DNA of 31,609 nt, from positions 39,451 to 71,059 of the forward strand of contig JAWBTQ010000007.1 in NCBI GenBank assembly GCA_038841535.1. The letters are read 5' to 3'. Below are positions 19,886 through 28,248 of this stretch, one piece after another. This DNA comes from Sulfolobales archaeon. Lineage in GTDB: Archaea > Thermoproteota > Thermoprotei_A > Sulfolobales > NBVN01. A program made the translations under genes and the position numbers. Numbering within the stretch: the first letter of the stretch is position 1; every line of letters begins with the position of its first letter. The notes beneath the pieces were generated by a model. It was not told the DNA's origin. It saw only the letters and a list, made by a program, of their open reading frames with translations, and did not search any database.

Positions 19886-20812
19886 CTAGGACCCAAGTAC
19901 TGCGTACATTATATCTCTCTCTGTTAGTATTCCCTGTAGGACTCCTCCTTCGGCTACTAGTCCGTAGTCGAGGTTCTTTTCGAGCATCTTCCTCACTAAG
20001 TCTTCGAGCGGGGTTGATGGCTCGACTACTATTACGTCTCTATCTGCTAGACTTACTGCCTTCATGCTGAGAACTTCGCTTACTACACCGCTTTCGGAGG
20101 CTGCGAATATCTGGTGGGACCCTACGAAGTCAAGTATGCTGCGCCACGTAACTACTCCCCTTATCTTTCTGTCACTTGTTGTTAGTGGGATCCTCCTCAC
20201 ACCAGTTGATACCATCAGCTTGAGTACGTCTGTTAGTGGGCTTTCTTCATCTGCTGTTATTACGTTTTTAGTCATGTAGCTGCCTGCGGGCTTCATACCG
20301 ATTCTTCCTGAGTAGAGCTTGACTATGCTTCCCTCAGTTACTGCTCCCACTAGCTGCTTGTCTAGTCCTAGGACGGGTATTAATCCGTAGCCGTAGGTCA
20401 CCATTAGCTCGAGGACTTTGCTTAGGGTATCGCTAATGCTGGCGTATACGACGTTCTTGCTCATTAGCTCTTGTACTGGTACTGCTAGAGCTTTGTAGAT
20501 GTTGCTTCCGTATCTTTCGACTACTATCTTGTGCCTCCCCCCTCCACCTAGGTAGTCTGCGATATCGTGAAAAGTTATTATGCCCGATAGCTCACTAGCT
20601 TTAACAACTATGGCCGCTCTAAACCTCGATCTATGCATTTCTTCAGCGCACTTTATGAGGGGTGTCTGGGGTGATACTACTGGGATCTCTGTTACTAGTA
20701 GAGACCTTATCTCAGGCTCTCTCCCGCGGATAGCTGTCTTGAAGTTCGGTTTTCCGTCGCTTCTCAACCACCTCGCTTTCTCGTACATCCTCCTAGGGTT
20801 CGGGAGCTTCAT
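19886..20812 (-). CDS. CBS domain protein (4 CBS)
   Basis: GIITFHDIADYLGGG, GAVTE, GVVTW, GILTERD. Confidence 0.9.
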   Translation of the reverse strand: MKLPNPRRMYEKARWLRSDGKPNFKTAIRGREPEIRSLLVTEIPVVSPQTPLIKCAEEMHRSRFRAAIVVKASELSGIITFHDIADYLGGGGRHKIVVERYGSNIYKALAVPVQELMSKNVVYASISDTLSKVLELMVTYGYGLIPVLGLDKQLVGAVTEGSIVKLYSGRIGMKPAGSYMTKNVITADEESPLTDVLKLMVSTGVRRIPLTTSDRKIRGVVTWRSILDFVGSHQIFAASESGVVSEVLSMKAVSLADRDVIVVEPSTPLEDLVRKMLEKNLDYGLVAEGGVLQGILTERDIMYAVLGS

Positions 20813-21609
20813 TTTCCCACCTGCTTTAGCTTTAGGTATGCTCTACACACGTCACTCCTATCTACTATACCCCGTAGACTGCCTTTACTGTCGACTACGG
20901 GTACTCTACCGATGTTGTTTCTTACCATTAGCTCTGCTGATGTATACATGTCTTCACCTCCTCCTACGGTTAGTGCTGGAGAGGTCATGGCCTCCCTGAC
21001 CTTAGGGGTCCTCGGTCCCGACTCTGACTCAAGCTCTATCCTCGTGTAACCCTTCTTCAGTAAGTCGTGTTGAGTCACTATACCCACGACTCTTCGGTCT
21101 CTCCCGCTCCTCACTACTGGGAACCCTGCGTACTTAGTCTTAACCATCTTCCTCCACAGCTTAGCCACCGAGTCCTCCGGGGTGACGTACTCTACTTCAG
21201 ACGACATGTAGTCTCTAACTAACCCCAAGCTCCTCTTCTCCGAGAGCTCTAGTAGAGCACTCTTAATGAAGCCGTCGATCTCGAGAACCCCCTCGTACCT
21301 ACCCGCAGGAGAGACTACAGGAGCATACCACTCGTCGAGCTCCAGCATAACCCTTAAAGCAGTCCAGAGGTCTTCGTCGAGCCCGAAGACCACTCTAGGA
21401 GACTCCATAACGTCCCTCACTAGAACGTTAGACCTAGTCGAAGTAACCACTAACACACTCTCCCTAGTTAAAACCCCGACGACTCTACCACCATCAACAA
21501 CAGGAACCATCCTCAAACCCAGATCCCTCATCAAGGACCTAGCGTGAGTAAGCAAGTAATCCCTACCTAAAGTAGGATACCTCAAGCTAAGAATACTCCT
21601 AACCCGCAT
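20809..21609 (-). CDS. CBS domain protein (4 CBS)
   Basis: PVVDGGRVVGVLT, GIVTQHDLL, GRVPVVD...GIVDRSD. Confidence 0.9.
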   Translation of the reverse strand: MRVRSILSLRYPTLGRDYLLTHARSLMRDLGLRMVPVVDGGRVVGVLTRESVLVVTSTRSNVLVRDVMESPRVVFGLDEDLWTALRVMLELDEWYAPVVSPAGRYEGVLEIDGFIKSALLELSEKRSLGLVRDYMSSEVEYVTPEDSVAKLWRKMVKTKYAGFPVVRSGRDRRVVGIVTQHDLLKKGYTRIELESESGPRTPKVREAMTSPALTVGGGEDMYTSAELMVRNNIGRVPVVDSKGSLRGIVDRSDVCRAYLKLKQVGK

Positions 21610-21726
21610 ACTTATACCAATAAGATATCTACCTCAAGGCTAATATCTCGCTAACAACCCACAAACCGAGGAAGACAAAGCTACTGCCAAAGCTAAATAA
21701 ACCCCACAAACCACGCTCCAACTTCA

Positions 21727-21833
21727 CTTTCAGTCTTTTCTGATTGCTTCCTATCTTTGCTCTATTTCGGGGTTTTTATAAGTTTTCATGGTTAATTTCG
21801 GAAAACCCATCAAACCCCATCAGGAGCCGGATG
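21727..21833 (-). CRISPR. CRISPR leader plus a single repeat (GAAGCAATCAGAAAAGACTGAAAG at 21727-21750); left arm of the 107-bp inverted repeat
   Basis: Reverse complement of 30857-30963 with 2 mismatches; BRE/TATA GAAAACTTATAAAA; no second repeat seen. Confidence 0.9.
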
Positions 21834-22752
21834 TTGGTGTTGTTATTGTGGTGTGTCCGAAGCCTATTGCTCTCGATGTTCCTATTCCGAGTGTGAGTGC
21901 TGTTGCGAACGTTTCTTCCAGTAGTGCTTCTGTGTTTATGCCTTTGGCTGTGTATAGATCTAGGTAATGTTTATTGAGGTAGAGGTTTACGTACCCTATG
22001 AGAGCTGGTATCGGGTTTTTACCTTCTTCATATTTGAGCCGTATGACCTTGATTGTTTTGTGGATTGAGTACGGTTCGTTGAGTAGCCTGTGGAGTATTA
22101 TCAACATCCTTATAAGGTGCTTCTGTTTAAGCTTGCCTGTAAGGTAAAGGTTCACATAGACCGGTGTGGAGAATATGTTTATCGGTGTAGGTGTTAGAGA
22201 CTTGTGCTTCCCGATTCTAAAGGGGTCCCTCAGTAGAGTGGGTGATGCAAAGACCACTCTTATCTTACCCAACTTAATGAGGTCATGCACCGCTTTCTTA
22301 GCCTCACTTACCACGTCTACGGTCTCTGCAGATACTAGCTCAACGTCGAATACGTTCGCCCCGAAGCGTCTGCGACCGCTTAAGTTTAGGATGGCATCGT
22401 ACACATCGTTGAACTTGGGGCTGATGGCTGTAGACGTCTCGATGAACCCTACGTAGAAGCTGTACCTAGAGGAGCCGTTGACGTACCTAAGCGAGTGTAT
22501 GCACTTCGTGCGTAGCTTTCCACCCTCAACTCTCTCGATGTAGAGGGGAGTTATATGGACGAGCTTGGGGGATCTTCCGGAAGCCTTCTCGAAGAAGGGC
22601 TTCAGCCTAGGGTTGCCGTCTATCAGCAGGGACTTCACTAGCTTTCCGGAGAAGGAGTCAGCTCTCGATCTTCCCCCACCGCCCCGATTTTCAGCCCTCT
22701 CGTTAACCTTGACTACAGCCCTAAGTAAGTACTTCTCCATCCCTCTACCCAC
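21820..22752 (-). CDS. cas6: CRISPR pre-crRNA endoribonuclease Cas6
   Basis: C-terminal G-rich loop GIGTSRAIGFGH; FASPT motif; locus context. Confidence 0.88.
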   Translation of the reverse strand: MGRGMEKYLLRAVVKVNERAENRGGGGRSRADSFSGKLVKSLLIDGNPRLKPFFEKASGRSPKLVHITPLYIERVEGGKLRTKCIHSLRYVNGSSRYSFYVGFIETSTAISPKFNDVYDAILNLSGRRRFGANVFDVELVSAETVDVVSEAKKAVHDLIKLGKIRVVFASPTLLRDPFRIGKHKSLTPTPINIFSTPVYVNLYLTGKLKQKHLIRMLIILHRLLNEPYSIHKTIKVIRLKYEEGKNPIPALIGYVNLYLNKHYLDLYTAKGINTEALLEETFATALTLGIGTSRAIGFGHTTITTPTSGS

Positions 22753-23413
22753 CAGCTCCTACATAGATTAAATGTCCTAGCTCGGTTAGCCTTACAACAT
22801 CGCTGTCAACGACCACTAACCCTCTTTGAGTCAGGCTTTTGACAAGTTTGTACACAGCTGACTCCGAAAGCCCTGCCTCACGCGAAGCTGTCTCGACCAG
22901 CCGGCTCCTCTTCACCTCACCGTGGCTGTGGATGATTCTCATTACGGCTAGCCCGCTCCTAGGTATAGTTACGTAGAACGACTCTAGCGGGAGAGCTACG
23001 TCGTACAGCCCGTCTTCGCGCATCAGGAGCACCTTGCTTCTCACCTGCTGGAACCTGCCGAGCCTGTAGAGCGTGAGTAGCGCGAAGAGGACCTCGAAGA
23101 TCACCAGCCTCATACCGCCAGCAAGCACGGCTACCACTTCATCGGCTTTCTGCTCTTTCAGAGATCTCAGCACTACCGCCACATCGTCGTAGAAGCTCGT
23201 CCCAGATACCTCCACCTCGACAACCCCAGCACCAGTACTCCGAATGATTTCCTTAAGCACCTCAACAGCTCTCCCAACCTTCTTAACCTCGAACTCCCCA
23301 CCGGTCTTCGAGTAGACGAGCATGACCGTGTCGCTGACATCTACACCAACCTTCAGCATCCCCCTCAGCGGAAGCTTCTCATCGAATCCGACAGTAACTA
23401 CTACTAATTTCAT
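22745..23413 (-). CDS. csa3: Csa3 CARF-wHTH transcriptional regulator
   Basis: VTVGFDEK and LAGGMR CARF motifs; C-terminal wHTH (LSESAVYKLVKSL..RGLV...LTELG). Confidence 0.9.
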   Translation of the reverse strand: MKLVVVTVGFDEKLPLRGMLKVGVDVSDTVMLVYSKTGGEFEVKKVGRAVEVLKEIIRSTGAGVVEVEVSGTSFYDDVAVVLRSLKEQKADEVVAVLAGGMRLVIFEVLFALLTLYRLGRFQQVRSKVLLMREDGLYDVALPLESFYVTIPRSGLAVMRIIHSHGEVKRSRLVETASREAGLSESAVYKLVKSLTQRGLVVVDSDVVRLTELGHLIYVGAGG

Positions 23414-23432
23414 ATTACTTACCTCTAATATC

Positions 23433-23460
23433 TACTAATCTAGTAAAATTTATAAGTTTT
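23433..23460. promoter_or_regulatory. Divergent cas promoter: TATA/BRE plus TACTA-N3-TAGTA palindrome
   Basis: tttataagtttt at 23449-23460 is identical to leader 21775-21786; palindrome at 23433-23445. Confidence 0.5.
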
Positions 23461-23525
23461 GATTGCAGTATTCCTAGCGGTGGTAGATTGAAGCAGAAGA
23501 GAATAGGAAAGGGAGGTGTCTCGAC

Positions 23526-25244
23526 TTGAGCCTGGGTGCTTTACTCTACGGGGTCCCGGTGTACAGGGAGAGCGGTAGTACGTATTCGGTTAAGGTACCG
23601 TTAGTAAGGATCCACCTCCACAACGACGTTGTTGCCAACGCGTACAAGTACGTGGTCTACAGGTTCTCCCAGTACGCATACCTCCGGATGGGCGTTATCA
23701 TCAGGAACTACACTCCCCCAGCCGGAACCATAGACGTAGAGGTTCCAGCTGAAGCCCTGCCGAGCGGTAGGAGCGCAGAGAAGCTCGTGCTAAGCTTGTA
23801 CAGGGAGTTCGTAGAGCAGTACCTTGCACCAAGACTCATCGAGAGAATACGCACGGCTAGTCTCGACGACCTGCTAGCAGTATTCTACAGGAGACGCAAC
23901 GAGGGAGGACCACAAACCGGGCTCACGTCCGTGATTCTACCTCTGAAGTACATGAAAAACTACATCGAGGACATTAAGTTGAACAAGTGGGCTATACAGA
24001 AGCAAAGCATTGAAGCCCTGAAGAAAATAGAGGGGAAGATCAGCAAGGAGGTTCAAAGGCTAAAGGACAAAGGTGTTAAAAAAGACGACCTGGTTATCGT
24101 AGGGAAAAACGGAGACGTAGTACCCCTTGAGACGGCGAGGATTCAGGAGGAGCTCGGGAAGACCTCGCTCTTCAGCGACGACGTAAAGTACGTGAGCAGG
24201 AATACTAAAAGGTGTTGCTACTGTGGATCGGAGATAAAAGAACCGGGTTTCCCGGCTACGGGCAAGCTGGGTGTTGGCAGGTACAGGCTTCCACAGGTGG
24301 AGAAGACCAATTTATCCGGTGAGGCGCTTGTCTGCCTCAGGTGTGTTCTCCTTTCAATGTACTACGTTCTCGAAGGCGGTGAGAACACTCTACTCTACAC
24401 GTTCAACGGCTTGCTGGGTGTTTTCATAGCCGAGGGGAGGCTTCCCAGCGGTACAACGGTGGACTTCGCAGTTGCCTTAGCAAAGCAGTTGGCGAGGAAA
24501 CCGGCTGAGCTGACCGCGTCGATGGTGATGAACAGCGCTTTCGGAGAGGAGAGAGCAAAGCTCCAGGTGGAGAACCTGAACGAGGTTGCTGTTGAAAGGC
24601 TCGCTCTCCTAGCGCACGTGTTTCCACTAGCTCTACACGACGAAGCCGTGCAACGAGAACTCATCAACTACATGTTCTCCGAACCCCCTGCTTTCATATC
24701 CCACCTGGTCTACGTTCTGTTGAAGCAATTGGAAAAGGGGGGAGGTATGAGCTACGTATCGAAGGAAATACCCAGGTACATAACCCCCTACCTCTACAGG
24801 GAGAAGGAGTTGAGAGTAGCGTACACACTGGCGGCAATAGCCGAGGGAGTGATCCACCGCCTAAAGCAGGACGGAGCAGACAACTACACCCTCAAAGAGG
24901 TCGCGAACAACCTCACCACAGGCGGGTTAACCACAGCACTATCCTACGCCATCCAGAGAATGGAAACCCCACCCTCAGCGATCGCACTATCCAAGTTCAT
25001 CGATAGAACACTAGCTAAGGAAGTACTCGGCGAGTACGGGTTCAGATACGATGAGGGGGAGGATGGCACCATACTCGTCTACTTGAACACCATACCATCA
25101 GCCGAGGTAAAGATCCGCGAAGAGCTCGGCCAAAGAGTCTTCAACAGAGCATACGATGTACTGCTAGTACTATCACCCGAGATAGCCACCCGGAAGAAGG
25201 GTGAATCAGAAGAGTCCAAGGGTGAAAGCGTTGCCCAGGGCTAA
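23526..25244 (+). CDS. Type I effector large subunit (Cas8/Cas10d-like, no HD domain) with C-terminal small-subunit domain
   Basis: First gene of the effector operon; Zn finger CCYC...CLRC; GGAGGTG SD before the TTG start; helical C-terminus. Family assignment rests mainly on position. Confidence 0.7.
   Translation: MSLGALLYGVPVYRESGSTYSVKVPLVRIHLHNDVVANAYKYVVYRFSQYAYLRMGVIIRNYTPPAGTIDVEVPAEALPSGRSAEKLVLSLYREFVEQYLAPRLIERIRTASLDDLLAVFYRRRNEGGPQTGLTSVILPLKYMKNYIEDIKLNKWAIQKQSIEALKKIEGKISKEVQRLKDKGVKKDDLVIVGKNGDVVPLETARIQEELGKTSLFSDDVKYVSRNTKRCCYCGSEIKEPGFPATGKLGVGRYRLPQVEKTNLSGEALVCLRCVLLSMYYVLEGGENTLLYTFNGLLGVFIAEGRLPSGTTVDFAVALAKQLARKPAELTASMVMNSAFGEERAKLQVENLNEVAVERLALLAHVFPLALHDEAVQRELINYMFSEPPAFISHLVYVLLKQLEKGGGMSYVSKEIPRYITPYLYREKELRVAYTLAAIAEGVIHRLKQDGADNYTLKEVANNLTTGGLTTALSYAIQRMETPPSAIALSKFIDRTLAKEVLGEYGFRYDEGEDGTILVYLNTIPSAEVKIREELGQRVFNRAYDVLLVLSPEIATRKKGESEESKGESVAQG
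24747..25244 (+). CDS. Putative internally translated Cas11 small subunit (165 aa, MSYVSKEIPRY...)
   Basis: In-frame ATG (codon 408) preceded by AAGGGGGGAGGT, which encodes a KGGG linker. Confidence 0.55.
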   Translation: MSYVSKEIPRYITPYLYREKELRVAYTLAAIAEGVIHRLKQDGADNYTLKEVANNLTTGGLTTALSYAIQRMETPPSAIALSKFIDRTLAKEVLGEYGFRYDEGEDGTILVYLNTIPSAEVKIREELGQRVFNRAYDVLLVLSPEIATRKKGESEESKGESVAQG

Positions 25245-26421
25245 GGAGAAGAAAGAAAGCGACCAGTCCGAAGACCAGTCGGTGAAAGAGAGCAGAAAAG
25301 GAAAGGGAGATGTGGAGATCGACGTTAAGTCCGCCGACGACCTCCTGTTCGCCGGTTGCAAACTAGTCAACATGGCTATCTACGCTATGCTGGAAGCACC
25401 GCAGGAGCTGTACTTCGGTAGTCATACTGAGAGAGGTCTGAACGTGCTGGAGAAGGTAACACTACAAGTGGAGATCGGCGAAGGAGAAAACACGAAGTAC
25501 GTTACCGTAGAGAAACCCTTCTATAGTCCAACCAAGCAGAGAGGCGTAGAGAGGAGAGCCATAGCCTACTCCAAGGTGAGAACATCCAGCGGTGCAGAGA
25601 TGCCGTACTACAAGTTCTTCAATCTAAGCATAGACGTCACCAACACCTACCCGAACGGGCAACCGGACCCAAGGGACATACTGACCTTTCTGTGGGGCGC
25701 CACGTGGACTAAACCCACCCTCTACCTCCGTGGCAGAGTAGGCTACGGTGGTGGAGTAGCCGTTCAGCCGAGATCAATACTCATCAAGCGCAGGAACCGC
25801 GTTGAGTACAGGTTCTTCGAGCGCGTCGAGAAGGAGGAGAGAGAGGGAGCAGGGGTGACAGCTCAGACGACGTGGCTCAAGGAGTACGTTGAACCCCACG
25901 TTCTCATACCCGTCTACCGTAGCTACACGTTGCTCGGGGTTAAAAACATGGAGCCTCACGCAATAGCCTACGCTTTCCTGATGGGACTAAGGCTAGCTGG
26001 TGCAGGAACCCCAAAGGGAATGGACGTGCTGGAAGCCTACTGGCTGAGCAAAGACACCAAGGAGAGAGTCATCGTAGTCGACGTGAGCGCATCGCTACTG
26101 CCTGAACCCGTGGTGATCTCGCCGGCGATACTATCGGTTCAAGCGGCTTTAGAGGAGTTCGGAAGGAAAGCCCTCAGCGTAGACGAGAAAAACCTCTGCA
26201 GAGGTTTTGACAACCCAGACCAAGTGTTCGACAAGGCGCTGAAAGAAGGATACTGCAGGCTCATCGGAAACACAGCGTACAGTTTCCTCAGGAACTTAGC
26301 AGAGAAGTTCGCAGAGAACTACCTGATGAAGATAGATGCACCTGAACTACTCAGAGTTAAAGAAACATCCAAGGAAAAGTGTGAGGAAGAGCAGAAAACA
26401 GCAAAAGAGGAGCAGAAGTAG
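25231..26421 (+). CDS. cas7: Cas7, Csc2 (type I-D)-like
   Basis: KQRGVERR, FLWGA, GRV, EYVEP and GAGT match the order of Csc2 motifs. Probable start is TTG at 25231 after GGGTGA (ORF track gives 25201). Confidence 0.78.
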   Translation: MPRAKEKKESDQSEDQSVKESRKGKGDVEIDVKSADDLLFAGCKLVNMAIYAMLEAPQELYFGSHTERGLNVLEKVTLQVEIGEGENTKYVTVEKPFYSPTKQRGVERRAIAYSKVRTSSGAEMPYYKFFNLSIDVTNTYPNGQPDPRDILTFLWGATWTKPTLYLRGRVGYGGGVAVQPRSILIKRRNRVEYRFFERVEKEEREGAGVTAQTTWLKEYVEPHVLIPVYRSYTLLGVKNMEPHAIAYAFLMGLRLAGAGTPKGMDVLEAYWLSKDTKERVIVVDVSASLLPEPVVISPAILSVQAALEEFGRKALSVDEKNLCRGFDNPDQVFDKALKEGYCRLIGNTAYSFLRNLAEKFAENYLMKIDAPELLRVKETSKEKCEEEQKTAKEEQK

Positions 26422-26432
26422 AGGTAGGGGCT

Positions 26433-27395
26433 GTGAAGCTGTACAAGCTAAGGGTTCTTTTTTTATCGCACTCCTTTCTCCCCGTATCCCCCATCCGCGA
26501 GTACTGGACCACTACACACACGCATCTGCCTCCCTCAACGCTCTCGGGTCTCTTCCTGAGAGCTGTGCTCTTCTCCATCAACCCGAGGAACGTGTACGGG
26601 GACTACACACCCTGCCGCATTGGGAGAGGACTACTCCTAAGGCTAAAGGGGATGCGTGCTGAGTGGTTCATCGCCGAGAGAGAAGAAGCTATCGAGGATG
26701 CTAAACCACCCTACCTCGAATACCACTTCAACGCAGTATCCCTCGGAGCCTACGACGAGGCAACACTACTGGGAAAGTCCTCCAAGTGGGGGTACATAGA
26801 GAAGTACTGGAACACGCTGAAGTACATAGACTACGAAGATGAGAACCTCCTAGCACCGTTCCACGTTGGAATAAAGACCTGGTTCTTCGCCGCGGCTGAC
26901 GGTGCAAGAATAACCGTACCCGGCGTGAAGGGGAGGAAGACGTTCATGACCTACGATGTGGTTAAAGTCAGGTTCGACATCCCCATGTCACACCTCCACG
27001 GGTTCATCCTGGTCGACGACGCTAAGCTCGAATCAGTAGTAGAGTTGCTCTTCAATGGATGGTTCATAAACAAATCGAGGCTTAAGACCCTTGTAGCTGT
27101 GAAGCTCGATGAAGTGCTGGTACCAGCAACGGAGAAAACGGGGAGACTGCTCGTTGTACCCTCCATCAGAATGCCCAGTAAACCCGTTAGGACAGTAGTC
27201 TCAAGCCTAATCTCCAGGGATGCCCTAGCGGGTAGAAGACGGGACATCTTCGTTGAGAAAGGCTTTCTCTACATCGAGAAACCCGAGGACGTGAACTTGG
27301 ACGACAAGCTCTTGTTCAAGGGGAGAAACGGTTCTCTCTACGCAGTCGACAAGTCCTGGCTCAACTACCTGAAATCACCCGGAGGAGGCGCGTAG
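26433..27395 (+). CDS. cas5: Cas5 (Csc1-like)
   Basis: N-terminal beta strand followed by THTHLPPSTLSGLF Cas5 signature; follows cas7. Confidence 0.72.
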   Translation: MKLYKLRVLFLSHSFLPVSPIREYWTTTHTHLPPSTLSGLFLRAVLFSINPRNVYGDYTPCRIGRGLLLRLKGMRAEWFIAEREEAIEDAKPPYLEYHFNAVSLGAYDEATLLGKSSKWGYIEKYWNTLKYIDYEDENLLAPFHVGIKTWFFAAADGARITVPGVKGRKTFMTYDVVKVRFDIPMSHLHGFILVDDAKLESVVELLFNGWFINKSRLKTLVAVKLDEVLVPATEKTGRLLVVPSIRMPSKPVRTVVSSLISRDALAGRRRDIFVEKGFLYIEKPEDVNLDDKLLFKGRNGSLYAVDKSWLNYLKSPGGGA

Positions 27396-27397
27396 AC

Positions 27398-28246
27398 TTG
27401 GCATCCGTTGCACGCGTGGTTCTCCGCGGCAGAGTATCTGGTGAGAGTTACGAGGCTGTAGCCGTAGCGCTGGACAGCCATCAGGAAGCAGTAGCTGAGA
27501 TAGTGGAGAAGCTCTTCGTGGACCCGGAGCTCTTGAAGAGCGTAGCGCTCGTACACGACAAGTTCAAGCCGGCTACGATGAGGCTTGAAGCACGCGGTGG
27601 AGAACAAAGGGTTGGGTTCAAAGGACACCCCTACATGCTCTCCTTCACCGACTTCGAGAACACGGGTGCCGGGTACAGCGTAGCAGACGTAGCGGTTGCC
27701 ACAGCCATCGGTAGGCTACACCACTTCATCAACGTCAGAGACGTCGACAGCTTCGTGTACACCATGGCCTTAGCAAAGTCCTACCTGGATTCGCGAGGAG
27801 CACACGTAAAGCTGAGCGATCTGAAGAAGAGAGTACTCCACGGTCTCCTCATACTGCACGTTGCAGACATGGTAGCCGGGTTCGCTGAGCAAGCCCTCCT
27901 GGAGAACACCGGTGAAGCAGAGCTCTACGACACTGAGTCGCTAGAAGCCGTTGAACCACATCTACCCCTCTCCATGACCATCAGCTTCGCGGGCGACGGA
28001 GCTGAACTACGGGTTGTACTGCACGGGCTAAGCGATGTTCTCCGCGGAGGAGTGCTCGAGAACGGTGCATCGTTCGACCTCAACTACCAGGTGTGCAAGG
28101 GTACTCTACACGTCCTCGGTGGAACCGGAAGAGCCGTCTTCGAGCCCGACTCCTGCACCACCAGGGTTATACACGTCAGCGTTGTCCACAAGCGAAGGTT
28201 GATCAATGAAAAACTGATCAGGGGTAAAACCGAATTGGTGATGTAA
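27398..28246 (+). CDS. cas3'': Stand-alone Cas3'' HD nuclease
   Basis: LDSH, VHDKFK, GHP, RLHH and VAD form the H-HD-K-H-HH-D pattern. Confidence 0.82.
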   Translation: MASVARVVLRGRVSGESYEAVAVALDSHQEAVAEIVEKLFVDPELLKSVALVHDKFKPATMRLEARGGEQRVGFKGHPYMLSFTDFENTGAGYSVADVAVATAIGRLHHFINVRDVDSFVYTMALAKSYLDSRGAHVKLSDLKKRVLHGLLILHVADMVAGFAEQALLENTGEAELYDTESLEAVEPHLPLSMTISFAGDGAELRVVLHGLSDVLRGGVLENGASFDLNYQVCKGTLHVLGGTGRAVFEPDSCTTRVIHVSVVHKRRLINEKLIRGKTELVM

Positions 28247-28248
28247 GC

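Noticed and set aside
23480-23501. gaagcagaagagaataggaaag as a degenerate repeat upstream of the large subunit (coordinates approximate, within 23485-23512)
   Set aside because: Only the ends match within a low-complexity purine tract that includes the SD.
24722-24737. gaagcaattggaaaag matches 14/16 of the repeat's 5' part, just before the internal ATG
   Set aside because: It lacks the 3' ACTGAAAG handle and is explained by purine-rich LKQLEK codons; probably chance.
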